Assembly (NCBI GenBank): GCA_052387475.1
Contig: JBQTJD010000625.1
Location: forward strand, 1 to 32,077
DNA length: 32,077 nucleotides
Origin: Anaerolineales bacterium
GTDB lineage: Bacteria; Chloroflexota; Anaerolineae; Anaerolineales; UBA6663
Direction of reading: 5' to 3'
A program made the position numbers and the translations under genes. Below the pieces are notes generated by a model that worked only from the letters and a program-made list of their open reading frames with translations, was not told where the DNA came from and ran no database searches. Below are positions 16,254-24,260 of the stretch, piece by piece. The number at the start of each line of letters is the position of its first letter. Positions within the stretch are counted from its first letter, which is position 1.

Positions 16254-16313
16254 TCTAGTCAAGCGACAAACGTCGCAACCGGATGTCCGGCAGTACAGTG
16301 GCTCAACCCAATT

Positions 16314-17306
16314 CTACGTACAGGTCAAAGGCCCCAGGTTCAACACACGGAAGCGGTCGGTCGGTAGATTGACGAGATCGTTTTCCCTGAGTAGCCCAGT
16401 CCAGCGATTAACGGGTTTGCCAGTGAAGGACTCGGCGATAAAGCCGACGCCCGAACTGCCTTCATCGCCAACGTAGGCGCCATATTCTTGTAGCGCGCGC
16501 GCGATGACCCTTGCGCCAGGCGACAGATTGAGGGTGTTCAAATCAAGCGTCGGGTCGAGTTGGATGCGGGCGCCCATTGGCAACGCGCGCGAATCATAAC
16601 TCCAGCCATAAGTTGCCGTCGCCGGCCACACACGACAACCGTGTCGCGTACCGGCAATCACCATCACCAGGGCATGGCGAATACGTCCATCCTGGATCTC
16701 GTCGGCATAAATCATACCGGCCGAGAGCGGAAACCCCGAGGCGCGCGCCGACGACGTCCCCGGCGCCAGAACACCGTTGCCAGTGAGGTCGAAATAAGCG
16801 CCCCAAACGGCGGCCCAGGAACCATCGCTACGCTTGCGGGCGCGGTAAAAATCCCACTCCTTCTGGCGCGCCACGTCCACGATGATCATGTGCCCATCGC
16901 TCTCAGGGTCAGGCACGGCATTATTGGGAATGGGGACACTCTGAAAAAACGCGCAGTTGGGGCTGCCACAGTCCACGTTGTAACGAGGCGCATTAGAATC
17001 GGCCACCCACAGCGGTGCGGAGTAACGATTGATGTTGATCCATGGGCGCGGGTCTTGATAGCTCCGATTATTAAACAGTTGGATCATCGCCGAGTTGTTT
17101 GGGTCAATGGCTGGGTTGGCAGAGATGGGGACGTTCCACGGGCTGCTGCTGCTAAAGGGCCGCCATGCCGTAGCATAGGAGATATAAGGAAGATAGACCA
17201 CATTTCCACCGGTAGCCGGCCCAACACCCTGAGCGCTGGCATTCAGCCCCAGCACGAGCGTGCCGATGAGCACCAGCAGCGAAAAGGTCAATTTCAGAAG
17301 TCGCAT
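16314..17306 (-). CDS. Secreted hypothetical protein with a YLPYI motif after the signal peptide
   Basis: Signal peptide ending ASA-Q; AGGAG RBS; VVYLPYIS; globular domain with SDGHM.IVD, ARASGFPLSAG.I...E....I.HAL, PMGARIQL, ARALQEYGAYVGD. Confidence 0.8.
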   Translation of the reverse strand: MRLLKLTFSLLVLIGTLVLGLNASAQGVGPATGGNVVYLPYISYATAWRPFSSSSPWNVPISANPAIDPNNSAMIQLFNNRSYQDPRPWININRYSAPLWVADSNAPRYNVDCGSPNCAFFQSVPIPNNAVPDPESDGHMIIVDVARQKEWDFYRARKRSDGSWAAVWGAYFDLTGNGVLAPGTSSARASGFPLSAGMIYADEIQDGRIRHALVMVIAGTRHGCRVWPATATYGWSYDSRALPMGARIQLDPTLDLNTLNLSPGARVIARALQEYGAYVGDEGSSGVGFIAESFTGKPVNRWTGLLRENDLVNLPTDRFRVLNLGPLTCT

Positions 17307-17425
17307 TTTGCTCCTTGGTCGGCTCTCAAGTTGGTCATGAGTGCTGAAGCGCGCCGCATCTGTGCGATGTTCCGGCGCACGACTGAGGAAACACTCTGCT
17401 TAGATCGGTTTCCGTTTTGAATGAC

Positions 17426-17486
17426 GCTATCGCAGACCGCGTCGGTGTGCAAAGCGAAGCTTTGCCTGAGACCGACGCGGTATAGC
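17426..17486 (-). other. Long stem-loop in the region upstream of the 330-aa gene
   Basis: Nested arms gctat/atagc, accgcgtcggt/accgacgcggt (11 bp) and gcaaagc/gctttgc (7 bp). Confidence 0.6.
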
Positions 17487-17537
17487 CCAGATCCTTTCGG
17501 AATCCGCTCTAGTAGAATGTGACAGGGTCACTGATTG

Positions 17538-17558
17538 GAGTAAATTCCAAATTTACTC
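17538..17558. promoter_or_regulatory. AT-rich palindrome, candidate transcription-factor site
   Basis: gagtaaatt-cca-aatttactc: perfect 9-bp arms in a GC-rich background. Confidence 0.45.
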
Positions 17559-17659
17559 GCACCAGCCACAAGCCTCCCGAGCGGAACGGCGCGTTTTTTG
17601 GCTGTCCATTCGGAGGAGCTTAAGCCCGCGTCAAACAGGAAGTATTCTGGATTGTTGTA

Positions 17660-19966
17660 CTAAGGAGCCGAATGGGTTTGATAGTAGTACACGTCCAGCG
17701 TACCGGCCACCAGATTTTTACTGAACGGGTCGAGGTCAAAACTACTGACTGAACGCATCTGAAAATCCCGGTCAGCCAACGCCTCCCAGGTCACGCCACC
17801 ATCCATCGAACGCAGAATACCGGTGCCCATCCAAATGTGTGGGGCATGTCCAACATAAAGCACCTTGGGATCGTCCGGATCAAACTTAACTGATCCGATC
17901 GTTGGTTGATAGCTTTCGCGCGCAAGTGGGCTTAGGGCCAGACCCGTCATCAATGGCTGCAAGTCGCCCGCATCAAAGACGTGCTTCCAGGTTCGGCCAC
18001 GATCAGTGCTGAGGTATGCCCCATCAATATTGACGCCGATGAGAATGTAGTCAGGATTTGCCGGCGCCACATCCACGGCATAAATCAATCCTTTCCCGAT
18101 AGTTGAGGAACGCCACTGCGCGCCGGCGTCTTCACTCACATAGATCGTGCCGCGCATCGAAGTGACCGCTACCGTCTCCAGTGCCATGGCAGACACAGCC
18201 AAAGCATACAGTTGTTCAGAACTGGCGAGGATCTCATCCCAACGCTCACCACCATTGGTCGTTTTGTAGAGGCGCCCCTCGCCCGATTTCAACTCCAGTG
18301 CGACATAGGCGATGTCTGAATCCATGGCGTGGACGGCAATCGCGTTGGCTTGCCATTGCGGATCGCTGGCGCTGGTGGGCGGCAAGCCGTTGACGATGGG
18401 TCGCCAGTGCTCCCCGCCATCGGTGGACTTGTTGACAGCGCTCAGATATTGGCCGCTCGGCCCGACACCGGTAGCGTAAATGATTTGAGGCGCGCTGGGT
18501 GAGATCGCAAAATCAGACGCGCCCGCCGTTTGGTCTCCATCGGGCGTCGTAAATCCTTGCGCCAGGCTGTGCCAGGTGAGACCGTAATCCAGACTCTTCC
18601 ACGGCGTAGAGTCCAGAATCCCCAAATAGATCACCGAAGCGTTGTTTGGCTCGAAAGCAATAGCGCGCACGGCTATATTGCCTAAGCCGTTCACAATCAA
18701 TTCCCACTGCTCAGCGCCGGGGCGCAAGCGATAGATGCCGCGCCACGAGGTCGCAATCACGGTTCCGTCGCTGGCTTGCGCGATGTCCCACAAGTTTTGA
18801 AAACCTTCGAACCACGCCGGCGTTGTGGCTGTCTCAAGCGTCATCGCCGACCACCTCTCACCACCCGCTACCGTTCGGAAAAGACCAGGTTGATCGCCGT
18901 AAAAAGAGCCGGTGTAAAGAGTCTGGCCGGTCGGGTCGGTGGCATCGAGCAGTAGCCGTTCGTAGCCGAGGCTGGTCGGGTCGAGGCCGGTGCTGATGGG
19001 TGAGAAAGTACGTCCGCCATCGGTGCTCTTGTAGATGCCACGCAATGACTGATATTCAGCAGCGCCGTAATCTGTGAAGAACGTATTGGTCGCCACATAA
19101 ATCGTATTGCGTGCGGCGTCCACGACTACGTCACTGGTCGTCGGCAACGGGATGCGGTCACGCCAGCTTTCCCATGTACCGCCGCCGTCGCGGCTCGCGA
19201 ACACGCCGTCATCGAACGTCGCTGCGTACAGCCATTCCGGGTTACGCGGGTCGGCCTGCAGCGCCCAGATATTTTTATCGTTGAGCGCGAGTTGTGTGAA
19301 AGTCTGCCCCTCGTTGGTGCTCTTCCAAATGCCAGCCCGCTTGTCGCTCTGCGGGGGATTGCGATCCCATCCGCCGACGTAGATCACGTCACTGAGGCCG
19401 TTGCCATCGGTGTCGTAACGCGCGGGGTCTGCGGGGTCGAACGGGATGAGGAGGCTGCGCGTGCTCGGCCAGTGCGTGACGCTGAACGCCCGGCCCGTCC
19501 CCATGCCCTCGGCATACACAATCTCCCACGTCTTCCCACCGTCGCGGGTGCGATAGAGTTCGCCGTTGGCGGGATCGTCACTCCAGTCCGGTGTGAGGGA
19601 ATAGACTTCGGCCACGACATATAGCACTTGCGGGTTGAGCGGATCAAGCTCGCTATCTCCCGTTTGGGGGTTGCCGAGATTGTGATTGATCGAAAACCAA
19701 TGGTCGCCGCCGTCAGTGGATTTGATCACGCCGCCGTTGTCAGTCGTCACATAAATCGTCTGCGGATTCGTGGGATCAATGGCGATGCCGGCTTGCCCGC
19801 CGCCGCCGCCAATTGTTCGCCGGGTCCAGCCTGCGGGCTGCGGCTGCGGCGCCGCCGTCGCCGTGGGCGCCACGGTCACCGGCTCGGGTGTGGGTACGGT
19901 GCAGCTGATAACGAACATCAGCGGCGCCACCACACTCAGCCGGCGCAGCAGAACGAAGCCGCGCAC
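17660..19966 (-). CDS. Lipoprotein with BNR/Asp-box double beta-propeller (GH74/Vps10-like)
   Basis: Lipobox-like VISC (Cys22); Pro/Thr linker; W....IGGGGG; many S.DGG..W Asp-boxes. Confidence 0.85.
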   Translation of the reverse strand: MRGFVLLRRLSVVAPLMFVISCTVPTPEPVTVAPTATAAPQPQPAGWTRRTIGGGGGQAGIAIDPTNPQTIYVTTDNGGVIKSTDGGDHWFSINHNLGNPQTGDSELDPLNPQVLYVVAEVYSLTPDWSDDPANGELYRTRDGGKTWEIVYAEGMGTGRAFSVTHWPSTRSLLIPFDPADPARYDTDGNGLSDVIYVGGWDRNPPQSDKRAGIWKSTNEGQTFTQLALNDKNIWALQADPRNPEWLYAATFDDGVFASRDGGGTWESWRDRIPLPTTSDVVVDAARNTIYVATNTFFTDYGAAEYQSLRGIYKSTDGGRTFSPISTGLDPTSLGYERLLLDATDPTGQTLYTGSFYGDQPGLFRTVAGGERWSAMTLETATTPAWFEGFQNLWDIAQASDGTVIATSWRGIYRLRPGAEQWELIVNGLGNIAVRAIAFEPNNASVIYLGILDSTPWKSLDYGLTWHSLAQGFTTPDGDQTAGASDFAISPSAPQIIYATGVGPSGQYLSAVNKSTDGGEHWRPIVNGLPPTSASDPQWQANAIAVHAMDSDIAYVALELKSGEGRLYKTTNGGERWDEILASSEQLYALAVSAMALETVAVTSMRGTIYVSEDAGAQWRSSTIGKGLIYAVDVAPANPDYILIGVNIDGAYLSTDRGRTWKHVFDAGDLQPLMTGLALSPLARESYQPTIGSVKFDPDDPKVLYVGHAPHIWMGTGILRSMDGGVTWEALADRDFQMRSVSSFDLDPFSKNLVAGTLDVYYYQTHSAP

Positions 19967-20797
19967 TTAGCTGGCCCCCAGGAGTGCGAGGCTCGTCGCC
20001 GAGGAATTCGAGCGAGTCCACCACGGCAGATTGCCAAACGGCAGAACTTGTACACGCGCACCCTCACGTTGAAAGCGGCGGATAGCCAGATAGGGGCCGG
20101 CGATTGGCTCGGCCCCTTCCCACAGTGGTCGCCTCATCGGATAGTAGTCGTGCAACAGAATATACCCTCCAGGGTTGAGCACCTTGAGTGCTCGTGGCAC
20201 TTCTTGATAGACAACCAGAGCATCGTGCGAACCGTCGAGGAAGATCAGATCAAACTTCGCGGTCACGCTGGAAAAATACTCGAGCGAATTTTGCGTCACA
20301 AACTTCACCTGTGAGCCGCATCCCAATTGCTCCAGACTCGCACGCGGCGAATGGCGATTCATCCCCGACCAACTCGCACCGGCGTTGACGTCCTCAATAT
20401 CCACGGTCGTGACGGTTGCCACGCCATCGGTACCTGAGTTTCGCAGAGCGAGCGCGATGCGGGCGGTCGTAGCCCCGAGCCGGGTGCCGATCTCCAAAAC
20501 AGAACGCGGCTGAAGATGCCGGATGAGATAGTAGACTGCCCGGCTGTCACCCGAGTTCGAGCCGCCGTTGTTGCTGATGCCGACCACCAGCAACTGGCGT
20601 TCGATTTCGGGCCATTCTTGATGCGAGCGAGCCGAATTGAATACATCCGCCAGATTAACCTCACTGATGCTCGCCAAAGCCTGCATCTCACACGCAGTCG
20701 TAGGCCATTGCTCAAACTGCCAGCGGTCACGTACATCACGATAAAGCTGTCGCCACTGGCTCGGCCCGCGCAACACGGAGTGAATGAGGGAGGGCAT
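19967..20797 (-). CDS. Class I SAM-dependent methyltransferase (Methyltransf_24-like)
   Basis: VLEIGTRLGATT, FDLIFLDGSH, LNPGGYILLHDY. ATG 20797 just after the upstream stop. Confidence 0.88.
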   Translation of the reverse strand: MPSLIHSVLRGPSQWRQLYRDVRDRWQFEQWPTTACEMQALASISEVNLADVFNSARSHQEWPEIERQLLVVGISNNGGSNSGDSRAVYYLIRHLQPRSVLEIGTRLGATTARIALALRNSGTDGVATVTTVDIEDVNAGASWSGMNRHSPRASLEQLGCGSQVKFVTQNSLEYFSSVTAKFDLIFLDGSHDALVVYQEVPRALKVLNPGGYILLHDYYPMRRPLWEGAEPIAGPYLAIRRFQREGARVQVLPFGNLPWWTRSNSSATSLALLGAS

Positions 20798-20799
20798 GG

Positions 20800-22065
20800 T
20801 TAATCTCCGTTTTGTGAGGCGCGAGCAGGCAAGCGCCAATCACTGCCAGCGAACAACCCGGCCATTTGTTTAGCGCTCACGTCCACATTGAACGCGCGCG
20901 CCACCGTCGTCCGGCCCGCCCGACCCAATGACTCGCGCAGGGCCTTATCGGCCAACAGCCGCGCCAACCCCTGCGCCAGCGCGGCGCTATCACCCGCCGG
21001 CACCAGCAGGCCGTTCGCGCCATCGTGAACGAGTTCGGGGATGCCTGAGAGAGGCGTGGAAATAACCGGGCGCTGCAAGGCCATCGCTTCCATCAGCACG
21101 ACCGGGATGCCGTCCTGATCGCGGTCACGCGCCTGCACACAGGGCAGCGCGAAGACTTCCGCGCGCCGCATCAACTCACGCACTTGCTCTTGTGGCAACG
21201 GGCCAGTCAAGTGTACCCGATCCGTCAGCCCGGCTTGATCAATCTGTGTCTGCAACGATGCCGCTTCCGGCCCGCCGCCCGCGATGCGACACTCAAAGTC
21301 AATGCCGTGCTCCACCAGTTGCCGGCACGCTTCAATCAAAAAGCGAAAGCCCTTCTTCTCGATCAACCGCCCCACCCCCACGATGAGTGGCCGGGCGTTG
21401 GACGGACGCCCCGACTCGGGCACAAACTGCTCAAGCGCCAGCCCGCAGTGGACGACGTGGATCTTGTCCGCGACGTCGGCGCGGGCCATAGTCTGTAGCA
21501 GCAAGCGCCGATTGAAATCGGAGATGGGCGTGATGAAGGCGGCAGCGACGATCTTCTCACGCAGCATCACAGGATTGATGAACAGGTCGGCAGCGTGGGC
21601 GGCGAAGCTGAACGGGCGACCGGTGAGCCGCGCGGCGACAAGCGCCACCGTGGCCGCGTTCAGCGCGTAGTCGGCATGCAGGTGCTGAACGCCGCAACGC
21701 TCCACTTCGGCGGCAGCCCGGACGGCGTATGCGAAATGGCCGAGCGAGCGCAGCCGATTGCGAAGCGGCTCGCCATTCCACACCACGACTAATAAGAATG
21801 CGCCGAGGTATTGCGCGGGCCGGGCAAAGAGATAGTGGAAATGCAACCGCAGCAGTTCCCAACCGCTCACCGGAAAAATGTAAAACGTCTCACCTACCAA
21901 CGCCTGCGCTTCAGCCGAAAGCGCCGCGCGGTCGGGCTTCCACGTCGAGATTGAGCGGACGGTTACCCCGAAGCGGCGCAACGCCAGCACTTCCCGATAC
22001 ACGAAGGTCGTGGTCAGGCTGGGGAACTGCTGCGAGATGTAAGCGACGGTGGGCATCGCCGTCAT
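20800..22065 (-). CDS. Glycosyltransferase family 4 (WcaL-like)
   Basis: FPSLTTTFVYREV, VGRLIEKKG, DQDGIPVVLMEAMA..PVIST..GIPELV. Confidence 0.92.
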   Translation of the reverse strand: MTAMPTVAYISQQFPSLTTTFVYREVLALRRFGVTVRSISTWKPDRAALSAEAQALVGETFYIFPVSGWELLRLHFHYLFARPAQYLGAFLLVVVWNGEPLRNRLRSLGHFAYAVRAAAEVERCGVQHLHADYALNAATVALVAARLTGRPFSFAAHAADLFINPVMLREKIVAAAFITPISDFNRRLLLQTMARADVADKIHVVHCGLALEQFVPESGRPSNARPLIVGVGRLIEKKGFRFLIEACRQLVEHGIDFECRIAGGGPEAASLQTQIDQAGLTDRVHLTGPLPQEQVRELMRRAEVFALPCVQARDRDQDGIPVVLMEAMALQRPVISTPLSGIPELVHDGANGLLVPAGDSAALAQGLARLLADKALRESLGRAGRTTVARAFNVDVSAKQMAGLFAGSDWRLPARASQNGD

Positions 22066-24260
22066 GCTGTAATTAATCCCTCCGCCGCGACGGGCTGGCC
22101 ATCCCGCCGTAGCGTTTGGCCTCCGTGGATGATCGCGCTCACGAGGCGACCGGCGGCGTCTAGCCGGAGGTGCGTCAACATGGCATCGCTGCTGAAACCG
22201 TCAAACGATTTTTCCTCCGGCTGAGGGCGTTGATCGAGGATGAAATAGTCGGTGGCCGAGCTAAACTCGAGCCGCAGCGCGCGCACACTCGCGCCCAGGT
22301 TGAGCGGCGTCACGCGCAGGCGCTCTATTTGCGGCGCGGCGCATGGATAGAGAACCGTGCCGAACTCGACCGGCGCCTGAGCCGTTTGCGTGTAACGCAC
22401 GACCGGCGCGGGCTGCTTCTCGCTCGAGTGACGCGAGACCCAGCCTTGAATGGGCGCTTCATTGCCAAAGAGGATTTCGGCCGGGATGCGCTGCGCGGAG
22501 CAGAGCACCACCCCCCGCCCCTCCGCCCCGATGGCGCGCACGAGTGCTCCTTCGGCCTCCGCCTGCAAATCGGCTGCCAGATGGAAGTGCAAATCGAAGC
22601 GGTGGTTGCCCCGACCGGTCAATTGATCGAGCACGATGAAGTAGTCGGGCTTGAGGAAGAAAATCTGTCGCCGATGGACGACGGGGTCAAGCAGGCGTGT
22701 GTAGCCATCGTGCTCGCCATCCACGAAATCAAACTGAGGCCCGCTCAGCCAGTGATGGAGCGTCGAGCGCGCGGGCCGCAAGACTCGCCAATCATCCAAC
22801 AGTATCGTTTGATCCTGTTCGTCAACCGTGATGGTGTTGTGTGCGGCGGTGCTACGGAAGAAACCTCGCCATTCTGCACCGAGGTGATAGCTGTACACGC
22901 CGGGGTCAACCAGTAGTGTCTGGCTGTGCGCATACAACTCGAAGCTCAGCGCATCGGCGTGTCCGTGGCCCGGCGCAGGCGGGTAACCGAACGGGCCGCA
23001 GTCGAAGATCAAATAAGCAGCCTCCGCTCGCATCACGTAGTAGCCCGCGTGCGAAAAAGCCAGCGAGCGCGGCTCGACAGCCGGCGCATTGAAAAGCTGT
23101 GGGCCGGTCAGCCACAGCGTCGCTTCGTCCATCTCAGTTCGGGCGAAATCGGGCCGGTTGAGCAAGGCTGCGCCACTATTCAACGCATCGAAGCGTACGT
23201 AGCTATCGCCCAACGCCGAATCCCCGAGCAGCGGCGGCTCGCCGTTTGGCTTGAGCAGCGCACGCTCAAACTCCAGCATTCGGCTGAAGCGCTCCAACAC
23301 AGCGGTCGGCAATTCAAGCGCATTGCGCCGGCACAACACGAACATTTCGAGCAATTCACTGGTGATAATTTGATGGTACAGCGCGGATTGTTCGGCGTGC
23401 ACCCCATCGGTATGCACCTGTTTGCGCACCTCGGCCCACAATATGCGCAGACCCGCCGACAGCCACGCGCGCGCGACGCGGAATTCCGGGAACAGCAGGC
23501 CGGCCTGCGCCAGCGCCTTGGCCTGCAACAGCAGGTGATTGTTGGGCGAAGTGTATTCGACGTTCGCCGCCAGAAAACGCCCATGCAGCCACAGGCCGCG
23601 CAGCAGCGCCAGTAGCGCCCCATCCTCCAGCGCGGCGCGAAAGTGATAGTAGGCCCATGTCCACACGTTGAGGCGATAGGCCACCTCCAACGGGCTGGCC
23701 CAGTTGGGCGCGTTCACACCGGGTGGATTGTGCGCCAGCCAATCCAGCAACATCTCGCGGAACGCGCTCAGGTAACGGTCATCGTTTGTATACGCATACG
23801 CGCGGCCCAGCGTCACAAAGTAGGCGTGCCGATTGAGTTCCCACCTCCAATCCACGTTGCCGTGTGGCTGGCACCGCCAATCAACGGATTCGGAAAACGT
23901 GATGGGCCGCTCGCCGCGGAAGTGGAATGTGCGACGACAGAGGGCGTCGGCAGCGGAGATCGTTTGCGCGCGGACGGCGGCTTCCACGAGTGTGGCTCGT
24001 TCGGTTGCCTCCCCCGTTGTGAACGCAAAGGTCGGCTGGGTGCGGGTGCGGAAGTGGGCGGCTGCTTTCCGAGGATCGGGAGAGATTGTGAGTTGTGCGA
24101 GGAACGCGGATAAACTGACCTCCTCAGGCCGCCACGCGCCGAGCGCGCGCTGGGCGGACTGCGCGCCGAAACTGCGCGCGAGGTTCAGCCAGTGCGCCGG
24201 GCCTTTGTCGAGGAGAGCCTGTACCCGCCACAGCCAGTATCGCAACGTGTCACGCTTCAT
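22062..24260 (-). CDS. Heparinase II/III family polysaccharide lyase
   Basis: WELNRH, NNHLL, DGVHAEQSALYH, GHGHADALSFEL, LLVDPGVYSY, FRSTAAHNTITVD. ATG 24260 overlaps the upstream TGA. Confidence 0.9.
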   Translation of the reverse strand: MKRDTLRYWLWRVQALLDKGPAHWLNLARSFGAQSAQRALGAWRPEEVSLSAFLAQLTISPDPRKAAAHFRTRTQPTFAFTTGEATERATLVEAAVRAQTISAADALCRRTFHFRGERPITFSESVDWRCQPHGNVDWRWELNRHAYFVTLGRAYAYTNDDRYLSAFREMLLDWLAHNPPGVNAPNWASPLEVAYRLNVWTWAYYHFRAALEDGALLALLRGLWLHGRFLAANVEYTSPNNHLLLQAKALAQAGLLFPEFRVARAWLSAGLRILWAEVRKQVHTDGVHAEQSALYHQIITSELLEMFVLCRRNALELPTAVLERFSRMLEFERALLKPNGEPPLLGDSALGDSYVRFDALNSGAALLNRPDFARTEMDEATLWLTGPQLFNAPAVEPRSLAFSHAGYYVMRAEAAYLIFDCGPFGYPPAPGHGHADALSFELYAHSQTLLVDPGVYSYHLGAEWRGFFRSTAAHNTITVDEQDQTILLDDWRVLRPARSTLHHWLSGPQFDFVDGEHDGYTRLLDPVVHRRQIFFLKPDYFIVLDQLTGRGNHRFDLHFHLAADLQAEAEGALVRAIGAEGRGVVLCSAQRIPAEILFGNEAPIQGWVSRHSSEKQPAPVVRYTQTAQAPVEFGTVLYPCAAPQIERLRVTPLNLGASVRALRLEFSSATDYFILDQRPQPEEKSFDGFSSDAMLTHLRLDAAGRLVSAIIHGGQTLRRDGQPVAAEGLITA

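Noticed and set aside
17486-17510. Resemblance of gcggattccgaaagg to c-di-AMP (ydaO) or c-di-GMP-I riboswitch 5' segments
   Set aside because: The remaining conserved elements of those riboswitches are not visible, so it is kept only as an unassigned structured leader.
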